Below, piece by piece: positions 12,402 through 24,687 of a stretch of 50,127 nucleotides of DNA (its first letter is position 1; each line of letters opens with the position of its first letter). The position numbers and the translations under genes were made by a program. Under the pieces are notes generated by a model that had not been told where the DNA came from, did not search any database, and saw only the letters and a list, made by a program, of their open reading frames with translations. Source of the stretch: Octopus bimaculoides (Eukaryota); NCBI RefSeq assembly GCF_001194135.2, contig NC_068997.1, positions 9,959,478 through 10,009,604 of the forward strand. The letters are read 5' to 3'.

Positions 12402-12881
12402 GTGACAAGACGGCAGAATCGTTAGCATGCCGGGCAAAATGCATAGCGGTATTTCGTCTGAGTTCAAATTCCGCCAACGTCGACTTTACCTTTCATCCTT
12501 TCAGAGTCAATAAATTAAGTACCAGTTGCATACTGGGTTCAGTCTAATCGACTGGCCACCTCCCCAAAAATGGCGGTGAGCTGGCAGAAATGTTAGCATG
12601 CCAGTTGAAATGCTTAACAGTATTTCGTCTGTCTTTACATTCTGAGTTCAAATTCTGCTGAGGTTGACTTTGCCTGTCAACCTTTCAAGACAATGAATTA
12701 GGTACCAGTTGCATACTGGGGCTCCCTCTCCAAAAATTTCGGGCCTTGTGCCTAGAGTAAAAAAGAATTGTTAGCACACCGGACGAAATGCTTAGTGGTA
12801 TTTTGCCTGTCGCTACATTCTGAGTTCAAATTCCACCGGGGTCGACTTTGCCTTTCATCCTTTCAAAGTCGATAAATTAAG
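12402..12881 (+). mobile_element. Cluster of three tandem/nested family A SINEs about 40 bp downstream of exon 2
   Basis: Three GAGTTCAAATTC cores, near 12460, 12645 and 12825. Confidence 0.85.
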
Positions 12882-13257
12882 AAATATGTTCTAAACAGTT
12901 AAATGAATATGAAAATATATATGTCTTAATAATGCCTTCAACACTAGGCAAACAAAGAGAACATCTTTTTGAATATTCAAGTTTCCATTGCAAAAGAAAT
13001 CAGAGAATGTCCCAGCGTTGGAATGTTCTGACTTTCAGACAGTGTCTCAGTGGTTGTAGTGTTTTAATTTCAAAACTGATCAATCCTATTAATTTAACCT
13101 TAAAATTAAAACGACAAGTCTTTTAATTCATTAATTGTATGTTTGGATTTTGTGTAGTAGTTTGAAATTATTATTTTATCAAGCTCTCTGATAGACTTTT
13201 GCATGGAAATATGCTGTCCTTCATTTAAGTGCTATATATTACACACACATGCGCATG

Positions 13258-13307
<50 letters not shown>

Positions 13308-13750
13308 TAATTAATTTATAAAATGTATCGGCATGTGTATGTACACGCATTTGTGTCGGCCTGTATGTGTCTATGTATGTATGTATGTATATGTATGTGT
13401 ATATATATATATATATATNNNNNNNNNNGTGTCTATGTATGTATGTATGTATATGTATGTGTATATATATATATATATGCACATGCACATATGTAACACA
13501 GTACTTACTTTCATCTGGTATGTGTGTGTGTATATATATACATTGATACACACACACACACACACACACAGAGAAAGAGAGGGAGATAACTATATACATA
13601 AAATTACACATGCAAAGCCGCATACACTTCTGTATAATATATTATTGCTATTACGACCGATGCCACCAGCTATTGGTATCGGTATGCTTAAAAACAGAAA
13701 GAGATGTCAATAATGATTTTTCTTTTGTAATATTTTCTTGTTTTATTTTT

Positions 13751-13788
<38 letters not shown>

Positions 13789-14227
13789 CTCTTTTAAATA
13801 TTCTCATAGAATTGTTGCTGTAACTGAAAATTATAATAATGAAACTTGGCAGAAGCAGAAAACTATATTTAGTTGAAGAGTGAAAAGCAGAAGGAGGGTG
13901 AGAGAGAGAGAGATAAATAGATAGACAGAAAAATAAAGAGAGAGCAAGAGAGGCAGACAGAGAGAATGAGGGAAAAGGAAAGTGAAAGTAGATTGCAATT
14001 CAGGAATAAGAAAGAATAATAAAGTGGGTGTTAATGTAGTAATTTAGTGAGCCAGGAAGTATTAATTAATTAAAATCACACCTGTAGCAAAGAGAACATT
14101 ATCTTAATGACAAATTGCTATCTAGAACATCAAGGGAGGTAACCACAGAATTTAAACTGATTAAATTTAATTACAAACAGAAATGAAATGAAAGAAAAAA
14201 ATGGGTTTGATTTTTAACTGTGTATCT

Positions 14228-14613
14228 TTCATCCTTTTACGTGTTTCATTCGTTCAGCCGTGGCCATGCTGGTGCATTGCCTTGAAGAGTTTGGTCAAAC
14301 AAATTGACCCTAATACTTATTTTCTAAGTCTAGTACATATTTTATTAGTCTGTTTTGCCAAACTAAGTTATGGGGATGTAATCAAACCTACACTGGTTGT
14401 CAAGTGGTAGTGGAGGACAAGCACAAAGATACAAACACACACACACACACATAGATATGTATACATACATTGCTTCCCAGCCAAATGGTTACAGGTTCAG
14501 TCCCACTGCATAGCACTTTGGGCAGATGTCTTCTACTGTAGCCTTGGGCTGACCAAATCCTCGTAAGTGAATTTGGTAGACAGAAGCTCAAAGAAGCCCA
14601 TCATACGTGTGTA

Positions 14614-14666
<53 letters not shown>

Positions 14667-14681
14667 ATTTATATATGTATG

Positions 14682-14728
<47 letters not shown>

Positions 14729-14749
14729 ATATATATGTATGTATATATG

Positions 14750-14780
<31 letters not shown>

Positions 14781-15025
14781 GTATGTACACATATTTATGT
14801 GTGTGTTTTTGTGTCTGTGTTTGTGTCCCTCACCATCGCTTGACAAATGATGTTGGTGTGTTTATGTCCCCGTAACTTAGCAGTTTGGCAAAGGAGACTG
14901 ATAGAATAAGTACTAAGCTCACAAAGAATAGTCCTGGGGTCGATTTGTTCAACTAAAATCCCTTTAAGACAGTGCTGCAGCATGACCACAGCCAAATAAC
15001 TGAAACATGAAGAATAATAAAAGAA
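14228..15025. mobile_element. Inverted pair of family B SINEs (14228-14450 minus, 3' half; 14470-15025 plus, near full-length with about 200-bp internal microsatellite)
   Basis: The two 3' bodies are reverse complements of each other. Confidence 0.8.
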
Positions 15026-15091
15026 TTAAAAAAGTGTATATTATATGTGTGCGTGTGAGCGTATATATGTATATACACACACCAGATACAA

Positions 15092-15190
15092 AAGCGGCCT
15101 TGGCAGAATTTGAACTCAGAACGTAAGGACAGACGACATACTGTTAAGCATTTTGCCCGGCTTGCTAACAGTTCTACCAGCTCACCACCT
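15092..15190 (-). mobile_element. SINE family A head
   Basis: GGCAGAATTTGAACTCAGAACGTAA...GCTAACAGTTCTACCAGCTCACCACC. Confidence 0.8.
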
Positions 15191-15329
15191 TAAATAATAA
15201 TGCTTTCTTTATTGGCCACATGGGCCTACAGAGAACATACAGGGACACGAATACAAAGGTACAAACAGGCACAAACGGAGGGGTTTACCGAAGAAGCCGC
15301 CTTGAATAATGATATTACGATGATGTCAT

Positions 15330-15750
15330 TGAGTGCAAGTTTTACAACACTTTCAGCTGTTTCATATCATTACCCTGAAGCCAGTTGTTTACAAATACAA
15401 CGAACAATAAAGTTGTAACACTTTAATTGATTCAGGAAGTACAGAAAATGTTACTCACACATCTGTTGCAGTAAACATGAAATAGCCTATTAATTCTACT
15501 TGTATAATTACTATGGCTTCTTTGCCACACAAGAAAGTAATTAGAGGTTTTGGTATTTGTGATGCAACCCTTAAACAACATTGTTTAGAATAATCTAAAT
15601 ATCCAACAATGGATGATCTTTGTTGAGCTTTATTGCTGAGACAAAGTTTTTATGTCTTTTCACAAAAGCGTGGAGATAATTATAATGGTGATGGAACTAC
15701 TTTCTCAATTTGTGATTTAACTGCTTTATTTATAGACTTGCCTTGAAGCC
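15330..15750 (+). mobile_element. Decayed Ty3/Gypsy-type aspartic protease region
   Basis: One frame from 15423 with 4 stops: LIDSGSTENVTH...ITMASL...DDLC*ALLLRQSF...ICDLTALFIDLP*. The D-S-G motif is the retropepsin active-site type. Confidence 0.7.
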
Positions 15751-16007
15751 ATTATGAAGGCGTGTCCGCCATGCCCGTGCTCTCCCCTTCCCCACTGACC
15801 CCTCTTCTACCTCTGTATTCCTCTCCATTCTTCATCGTGTACCCACCTACCTACCAACTTGCACACTATGTGTCCCTGTTGAATTTCTTCCTCTCAGCAT
15901 ATCCTCTTGATATCCCCCACTCTCTCTCTCTCTCTCTGTACCTGTGCCCAGTCATTTCATTTTTGCCCCCTCCCACCATCTCTCACTCTCCTTTTGCAAC
16001 CTTGAGC

Positions 16008-16122
16008 ACTCACTCACCCATCCACCCTTCCTCTCACTCACCCATCCACTCGCTCACCCATTCACACACCCACCCATCCACTCACCCACCCATCCACTCG
16101 CCCACTCACTCACCCATCCACT
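16008..16122. repeat. Degenerate (CACTCACCCATC)n tract within a pyrimidine-rich region
   Basis: Directly visible. Confidence 0.8.
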
Positions 16123-16580
16123 TGTTTACTTGTTTTGCTCATTGGATTGTGGCCATACTGGGACACCACCTTCAAGGGTTTTAATCAAAGGAGTCAGTCC
16201 CAATACTTAGACTTTTGTAAAGCCTGGTACTTATTCTGTTGATCTCTATTGCTGAACTGCTAAGTTATGGGGACATAAACACACCAACACCAGTTGCCAA
16301 ATGGTGATGAGAGACAAACATAAGGGTGCATGTGTGCACGTGCACATACACACACACACACATCATCATCATCATCATCATCATTCAAAGTCCCTTTTTC
16401 CATGCTGGCATGGGTTGAATGGTTCGACAAGAACAGACAAGCCCAAGGACTCCTCCGCCAGGTTCTGTGTCTGCTTCGGCATGGTTTCCACAGCTGGATG
16501 CCCTTCTTAATGCCACCCACTTCACAGAGTGTGCCGGGTGTTTTTTACGCAGTACCAGTACCAGTGAGGTTGCCAAGTAC
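16122..16580 (-). mobile_element. Family B 3' half (16122-16335) followed by family C copy (16360-16580)
   Basis: TTACTTGTTTTGCTCATTGGATTGTGGCC... and CATGCTGGCATGGGTTG...GCTGGATGCCCTTC. Confidence 0.75.
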
Positions 16581-16789
16581 TTAACAGAGAAGGCCCTTCA
16601 ATTGAGCAGGGTATGGACTGGAGAAAAAAACTGTGATAGAGGGAGAAGAGCAGGTGTCTTGCTGGAAACATGAATACATGGCTTGCCTGCTTGGAAAATA
16701 AGAGAGAGAAAGACAGATATATGTAATGGGTAAATTCCTTACCACACCACAGCCATGCCGGCACCAATGAGTCACACTCTAATTAATGA

Positions 16790-18560
16790 ATGACTCTTCA
16801 TGGTATTTGAAAGTAACTGAAAATTAAACCAGTTTTGTAAATGCCTTTTTTGTTGAATGTTGCAGCTCCATTTCAAAGTATAATTAGCAACATAATTACA
16901 GTTAATCACCTAATGCAACATTTACTTATATTAATGATGTTATTGGTTATGGAACAAGTCGAGAGAAACCTAAACGAAATTTAGATAAGTTTAATAAGGC
17001 TATCAAAGGTAGTCGATTTACTTTCACATGAGAATAAGTGTCTGTGTAACATGCAAGCTACCCATTTTAACCTATTATATTTTCTTGGATGTAGAATTTA
17101 TCATAGAATTCTAAATCTAGATATACCTCTTAATAGTAAAACCAAACAAAAAACATACTTCAAACACTGTTCAGAATGTTCTCATTTATTATTCCAGGTG
17201 AATTCCATATTGTTCAAATAAAGCAAAATTACTTTTATAAATTCTCATAATATTTTAATAGAATCACAAAAATGTGATTTTTAATAATAGTCTTCAAATC
17301 TTGTGTTTTTAAAGTTAGATGCTGCTGTTGCTGCTGTGTCTGCTGCTATTACTTAGAACAAACAGTGAATGAATCTGAAATATTTGTACTTTAAACTGAT
17401 GTCTCTGAGGTGGCCAATATTTGATACATTTCTGCAAAATAATTATCTTACGACTTAGTTTTAAAGAACATTAACTACTCGTAAACAAAAACGTCCTTTG
17501 ATTGAACAGGAAGCCTTAGCTTTTATTGAAAGTGACAGAAAGTGGAAACATTAGTTAATTGAATAAAAAAAACATTTTTCAACTATTAACAGATCAAGAA
17601 GCTATTACTTTTATTTTCATTAACAAGCATTCTTCAAAGGTTAAAAATATTAAACTAGCTTGTTGGTGATTGGAATTGTCTAGAATACACTTATGACTTA
17701 TTGCATTATCCTGGAAAAGAAAACAGTATTGTTAATGATTTCTTCAGAATTTTTTTTTTTTTTCTATTGTTGCTGCTTCAAATTTTGTCACCCTGTCATC
17801 CTTCAGACTTTTTACGATATGAAATCTAAATGTGCAATTAGCTTTTTTCCATCTTATGCTAATAAAATGAATACCAGTGATATTCCTGGATCAATTTAGT
17901 GAACAATATTCCTCCTGTACCAAATCAACTTTGTAGCAATGAAAGAAATCATTATTTTAATAACATTAAATCCAGAATTTAAGGGAATCTAATTGTAGGT
18001 CTGCACTAGAAAAGCAACCTAATGAAAATTATTAAAAATAAAAGTGATTTCCATGTATTAAGCCATGTGAAAAACGAAAATTACCACTATTGAGAAAGAG
18101 TCTATGCCCAAAACATTGATAAACTTTCCTTTTCCACACAGTTTTAATACACTGACTTTTATTTTTAATGTAATTTTATTCTGTTATTATAAAACTCAGT
18201 GCAAGCTCTTTGGCAATTTTAAAATTAAACTGAAATAACCAAGTATGCTTTTGAAAAGTGTAACTTGATTAACTATTAATTTGGTTTATGATGTCTTCTC
18301 TTTTGTCACTTGATAGAATTTAATTTTACCTGTCAGTGTCTTCCTTGTGAACTAATCATGATTATATCCTTGGAATATTCTAGTGTAAATGTATTCAAAG
18401 TAAAATAGTTTATCAGTTTGCTTTCCTTTGTACATGTTGACATTTTGTCACTTTCCCATTATGGGAAATGCTTTAAAGAGTCCTTTGTTAGGCAGAAGTG
18501 AAATGGCCAAAATATTGAACCAGCAACTCATAGGTATTAAGTTCAGATGGAGTTAATTGT
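16790..18560 (+). mobile_element. Heavily decayed Ty3/Gypsy pol (RT, RNase H, probable integrase remnants)
   Basis: With frameshifts: VFESN*KLNQFC; FTYINDVI (YxDD-like, 16927-16941); FLG; TDVSEVA (TDAS-like, 17395-17415); RTL..IEQEALAFIESDRKWKH (from about 17466); LTDQ; YPGKEN (about 17707-17724); FCHP. The match is weak beyond about 17800. Confidence 0.7.
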
Positions 18561-18699
18561 TGTTTTTTTTTAAAGTATACTTTATTCAAAAGACAACAAA
18601 CACTCAATAAATACTGACATTATTTGCAACAAATTTATGGACTGAAAAATATGACAAAAAATTAGAATTAAAATAATTGGAGAAAATGGATATCATCAT

Positions 18700-19108
18700 C
18701 ATCATTACCATTGTTTTAACGTCCACTCTTGCATGCTTGCATGGGTCAGATGGAATTCATTGAGGCAAATTCTCTACAGCTGGGTACCCTTCCCATTACA
18801 AACCCTCATCAGTTTCCAAGCAAAGTAATATTTCCCTATGGTCAGACTTGTTTTACATGGAATATTGAAAATGAACAACTTTGTATAAAAATGATGCTTG
18901 TTTACAAGCATTGCACCATGTCAGAATAAAGCAACAAACATAAAAAACATGCATGCACACACACACACACACATTCTACCTCACAATGCTTTAGCTGGCC
19001 TAGGATTATAGTAGAAGACAATTGTGCTAGGTACCATGCAGTGGGACTGAACCTGAAACCAAATAGTTAGGTAGCAAGTTACTTAACCACACAGCTATGC
19101 CTGCACCT
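18700..19108 (-). mobile_element. SINE with family B head + family D body
   Basis: (ATC)n...TTTTAACGTCCACT...GGTCAGATGGAATT...(CA)n...GGGACTGAACCTG...CACACAGC. Confidence 0.7.
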
Positions 19109-19585
19109 ANNNNNNNNNNNNNNNNNNNNNNNNNNNNNNNNNNNNNNNNNNNNNNNNNNNNNNNNNNNNNNNNNNNNNNNNNNNNNNNNNNNNNNNNNNN
19201 NNNNNNNNNNNNNNNNNNNNNNNNNNNNNNNNNNNNNNNNNNNNNNNNNNNNNNNNNNNNNNNNNNNNNNNNNNNNNNNNNNNNNNNNNNNNNNNNNNNN
19301 NNNNNNNNNNNNNNNNNNNNNNNNNNNNNNNNNNNNNNNNNNNNNNNNNNNNNNNNNNNNNNNNNNNNNNNNNNNNNNNNNNNNNNNNNNNNNNNNNNNN
19401 NNNNNNNATATATATATATATATAAAAGCTGTTCATGTTGGAATAATCAAATGGATGGTGAAAACAAATGTCCCTTTTTTTAGCCCTTGGTCTCATAAGA
19501 CCAGTTACCTGGTTTCCATGGCATATAAGTGACTGAAATCGTAACACTCCTCCTGAATTGAATGCTAGTGTGTTGCAAGGATGAA

Positions 19586-19761
19586 AACCAGCAATTTTGA
19601 GGACAGGGAACAAGTCAATTACATCAGCCCCAATACTTGACTGGTACTTTATTTTATTGATCCTGAAGAGATGAAAGTCTGGGATTTGAACTCAGAATGT
19701 AAAGAGTCAGAAAAAATGTCAGCAAGCATTTGCTCTGATGTGTTAACAATTTTGCCAGCTT
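19586..19761 (-). mobile_element. SINE family A copy
   Basis: CTGGTACTTATTTTATTGATCC...GATTTGAACTCAGAATGTAA. Confidence 0.75.
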
Positions 19762-20152
19762 AATAACTTGTTTGTCAATTTAACCACAACTAAATAAAAA
19801 TGAAATTATGAATAATATACTTTTGTGTCTGAGGAGAGTCGTTCCCTTTTAGTGCCTTATAATTTAACATACTCACTGGTAAATTATAAGGCAATAAAAG
19901 AGAATGACTCTCCCCAGACACAACAATATGTTTCAACGCACAAATTCATAAAGAATCTTGCAAACCAAATCCAAAAACGAAATGAAAAATATACTTCCAT
20001 AATAATTACATAATGTTATATTTATCAGTTTGTATTCATTTCTAATATAAGACTTTATGGAATGTTATGAATTAATATTGTAAAAACTGTGACAAAATCC
20101 AAATTCTAACACAGTTCTAATTAATGTACCATTCCTTATCATTCTTGCTTAG

Positions 20153-20312
20153 GTCACTTGGTGATAAAATATCATTCATTGAACTAGACACTCCAGAAAT
20201 GACACCTGCTCAAATGGCTTCTTTGGAAGTATCGGTTAATGAGAAAATTCGGGAAGCAGTTCCAGTCAAAGTTGAAGTCTATGGTTCTGCTTCAGACCCC
20301 AAACTTGCTGAG
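20153..20312 (+). CDS. AARSD1: AARSD1 coding exon 3 (160 nt): SLGDKISFIELDTPEM...DPKLAE
   Basis: Acceptor cttgcttag, donor gtatgg. IELDTP and SVNEKIR motifs; phase 2 to 0. Confidence 0.95.
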
Positions 20313-20546
20313 GTATGGCACAAGACTGTTTGATAAATTTCTTCTTTTGTGAATAGTTTTTTTCCTGGGCCCTACCTTCAAAGTCATGCGCTGTTTATCT
20401 TGATATGAGATCAACATGTTATGCACATATGGTTGTGATGCATGTGCCTGGTGTACCCTTATCAGAAGAGTAGTCATGATGGGTATAATGGGCTTTGTAT
20501 ATTTTACCACAATGTCACTTTGATGGCATGCACTGCTCTCTCACTC

Positions 20547-20599
<53 letters not shown>

Positions 20600-20619
20600 T
20601 AATAATAACTATAATAACC

Positions 20620-20832
20620 CTTTCTAATAAAGGCACAAGGCCTGAAATTTTGGTGGAGGGGATTAGTTCATTTTATTGACCCCAGTGTGTAACTGGTACT
20701 TGTTTCATCAACTATGAAAGGATGAAAGCCAACGTTGACCTTGGCAGAATTTGAACTCAGAACATAAAGGTGGATGAAATGCTGTTAAACATTTTGCCCT
20801 GCATACTAACGATTCTGCCAAATTGCCACCTT
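20620..20832 (-). mobile_element. SINE family A, full-length, embedded in (AAT)n
   Basis: GGCACAAGGCCTGAAATTTT...GAATTTGAACTCAG...CTAACGATTCTGCC; (AAT)n at 20547-20615 and 20833-20910. Confidence 0.85.
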
Positions 20833-20862
20833 AATAATAATAATAATGATGATAATAATAAT

Positions 20863-20910
<48 letters not shown>

Positions 20911-21393
20911 TGATATGAATGTTAAAGGGTTAACTTACTGATGTTCAAATTGAACATCAACTGTATCAATGTCACCACAGTCTGGGTGGTCCACCAAAGG
21001 TCATACACACTGACCTTTCCTCTTGACTTAACCATTAAAATAAAGCAAGGAAACAACAAACCAGCCTAATTATCAACTTATTTTGCAATCTAGATGGTTT
21101 TCTTTACCATATTTCTTGATGGTGCTATTGAAATAAAATCCTGACTATAATAATTCAAAGTTGCAGTTCATAGCATCACATAACCATTAACAATTTTTCT
21201 TATTTATTTAATTATTCTAAAACCAGTTATAAGAAAATAATATTTTTCTGAAATTATAATTCTGATTTTTTAATGGAAGCAAAAACAACAAAAAAATAAA
21301 TAAATAAAATAAAAAATATTTATAGATAAATAAATAAAATTTCAATTATGAAAATTTTCAAAAGATAAAGTGTGTTTTTATAAAATTTTCGTT

Positions 21394-21428
<35 letters not shown>

Positions 21429-21569
21429 ATTATTATTATTATTATTATTTTGAAAATTGGAAGAAAATGAATTTTCAATTAGAAAATTCAATAACAACGA
21501 TATCAAAAACAGACAAAGTTTCTCCAAAAATCTTTAAAAATTTTAAATGTTTGTTTCTTCACAAAATTT

Positions 21570-21651
<82 letters not shown>

Positions 21652-21747
21652 CATCATTATTATTATTAGTTCTTTTAAAATTTCATTTCGAATATTAATT
21701 TAGTTTTGAAAGATTTTGAGCAAATTTATTGAGAGTTGTGGAGGTGG

Positions 21748-21783
<36 letters not shown>

Positions 21784-21958
21784 AACAAGATTAAAAGAAA
21801 ATAACAAAAAGAAAAATGAAAAAATAAACGAAAGGAAAAGAACATAAGTTGAAAATAAGATAANNNNNNNNNNNNNNNNTTTTTTGATTTAAAAAATATT
21901 TTTCCTTACTTGACTTTTATAGACTGAAAAACAAAAACAAAAATTAAATTTGAATTAA

Positions 21959-22011
<53 letters not shown>

Positions 22012-22424
22012 TAATAAGCAATCTACTCTTGCTAAACAAATAGATTTTGCGGCAGAATCAGAGGTAAAAAAAACTACATTAGATTCCCTTAGATGTGTCA
22101 GTCCGTCAGTCACCATATTTCCTTGTTCTGAACCATCCATCTTCTTGTGATTCAAATTACATGAAATGTAATAAGAATAGTGATTAATCTCATTTTGATT
22201 CAACCTCTGCCATTCTTGTATAATATGACTTTACAGTGATATAGTAAAGAGTTTCTCTTTCATCTTGTTGTTGTTGTTGTTGTTATTGTATTGGTGGTGG
22301 TGGCAGTTTCAGGTGATTAAAGTGAATGGTCATCTTTTAGTAAAATTTTATATCATCATTGTCATCGTCATCATCATAATCATCACTGTCATCATTGAAT
22401 GTCCTTATTCACCCCCCCCCATTC

Positions 22425-23110
22425 CTGTATGGGGGCAGAAGATGGAATTTGTTGAGGCAGATTTTCTACGGCTGGATGCCCTTTCTGTCACCAACCCTCA
22501 TTTGTTTGCCAAGCAAGGCAAGGGAATAAATACTTCCCTATGGCTAGACATGTTTTTCACAAAAGATTAGAAACGATCAACCTCATTTGTATGACAGGGA
22601 TGCTCGTTTACAACCGTCATGTGATGTCTAGACAAGGGCACACACATACTTATACACACACGTGTGTCTATCATCATTATCATCATCATCGTCATCATCA
22701 TCATTTAAAATCTGCTCCAGCACCATTTGTCTGTTTTGGCATGGGGTTTTAACAGCTGGATGCCCTTCCTAATGCCAACCACTTTTCAGAGGGTGCTAGG
22801 TACTTTTTGCATAGCACTGCTATGTGAGTTTTTCTGTCATGCCTGCACAAGAACTTTTTACATGGCGCCAGCATGAGTGCTTCTTACACAGCATCGGCAC
22901 AAGTGCCTTTTGTGTGCCACCAGTACAAGTGCTTTTTATTCACACACACACACACACACAACAAGATTCTTTCAGGTTCCATTTTCCAAATCTTCTCACA
23001 AAACTTTGGTTGGCTCTGGGATATAGTAGAAAACACTTTCCCAAAGTACCACACTGTGGAACTGAACCGAAGATCACAAGCTTCTTGACTGCAGAACCAT
23101 GCCTGCACCA
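22425..23110 (-). mobile_element. Family B head + D body SINE with a family C copy (22715-22930) inserted in the internal microsatellite
   Basis: D body 22425-22640, C fragment, (CA)n, head 22965-23110. Confidence 0.7.
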
Positions 23111-23404
23111 AAATTCTAGTTGTTGTCTAGCTATTGTTTAAACATAACCTGTAATCAGACTTATAATCGAAGACATTCTAGATGTGACCATCCTACTTAA
23201 ATATTTTCCTCAGCTTCATTATCCAATATGTGTTTCTTACTTTTTTCTTTATAAAGACAGTATGAAGTAATTGAAGCAAGATTTAGTGGTTATTTGAAAC
23301 AGGATAAGCACCAGCATAGGGATTCCTTCAATGGCTTGAACTCTTGTCATTGATGTTGGTGGTAGTGTTGTGGTTGTGTTGCCATTCTTGTCATTGACGT
23401 TGGT

Positions 23405-23918
23405 ACTTGGCAGACACACATCTCATACTCAAATCTTCAGAGATAATGGACTAAACTGAACCATAACTAAATCTGCACATCCTCTGATAACTCACAGACG
23501 GTGATTCGATGATTTCTCCTCACAGCTGCATGCACATCTGTGATGTTTGTCTCAGTTCTGCTGGTTGCAGGTTTCCTTTTATTCAACAATATCGACGTTT
23601 TTATGGCCATCTTGGAAATTTCTAAACCACTTGTACACTGCTCATACATTCCTCTCCATACACTTTCTGCAACTTTGCACAGGCCTCTGAGCAGCTATTG
23701 CTATGACAATTTTATTTTTGTCATGGTCACTGCAACGATCACACACTACACACCTTCCTTCCAAGCACTGTTGTAAACAGCGGAATCGAGCTATACCATT
23801 AAAACTTAGTGCACATGTACAGCAGAGTTCCAGGTCAATCTTTGCCAAGCATCTTTACTCTCTGTGCTTTAGCTTTGTTACTATGGCAACAGTCTGGATA
23901 CTTATTGATCAAAGCTTG

Positions 23919-23920
<2 letters not shown>
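23405..23920 (-). mobile_element. Mariner-family transposon 5' portion (TIR-like end and N-terminal transposase pseudogene)
   Basis: Begins TA-CAAGCTTTGATCAATAAGTATCCAGACTG; ATG at 23724. Frameshifted translation: SEACAKLQKVYGEECMS/VYKWFRNFQDG...PATSRT...RRNHRITVCELS...SYGSV*SII..DL.MR.VSAK. Confidence 0.85.
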
Positions 23921-23949
<29 letters not shown>

Positions 23950-24125
23950 ATTGACAGATAGTCAGACAGACAGACAGACAGACAGACACACACACACACA
24001 CACACACTCACAATTGGATTATGTGTCTGGCAAGCTTGAAACCGGAAGTGGCCCACATTTCTGGATTTTTCAGTTTTCTGGAGACACCCTAAATATAAAC
24101 TTAGAATATAAAATAAAACGTGAAA

Positions 24126-24445
24126 AGTAAAGAACTAAATTGTGCATAACAGATTCCCATTAACACACTTCTAAAGCAGGGTCTGTTTGATATTAATCCA
24201 CTTAAAACTCTTTAAATACATCATACTCTACTAAGTATACAGTATAATAATGTTTATAGGATGAAAGTTAAACAAAGGAGAGTAAAGAACATAATTTCAT
24301 TTAACAAATACAGATTCAAATTAATACACTTCTAAAGCAGAGTATGTTTAATCTTTATTGATCCACACAAGAAACGTAAAGGACAGAACTATTTTTAACA
24401 CTCAACATGCAAATTAACCAACTTCAAAAAACAGAGTCTGTTTAC
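24126..24445. repeat. Three imperfect direct repeats of about 70-80 bp
   Basis: Shared core GTAAAG..C..ACA(G/T)..CAAATTAA.ACACTTC.AAA.CAG.GT.TGTTT near 24126, 24281 and 24376. Confidence 0.6.
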
Positions 24446-24502
24446 TCAATACATGGTGTTGCACAGTATTCAAAGATTTCTGGAAAACGGATAGATGGTC
24501 GT

Positions 24503-24550
<48 letters not shown>

Positions 24551-24687
24551 TCCATCATCATCATCAAACTTAAACATTCATTTTCTATGTGGCATGGTTT
24601 CTATGGCTGGATGCCCTTCCTAATGCCAACCACTTTACAGAGTGTGCTGGGTGCTTTTATGTGACACTGGCATATATATATAAATTA

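Noticed and set aside
17315-17431. Minus-strand acceptor followed by KCIKYWPP, resembling the PTP motif KCxxYWP
   Set aside because: It overlaps the plus-strand Gypsy RNase H remnant (TDVSEVA). I found no other PTP motifs (HCSAG, WPDxGVP, DYINA) at plausible positions, so it is probably chance.
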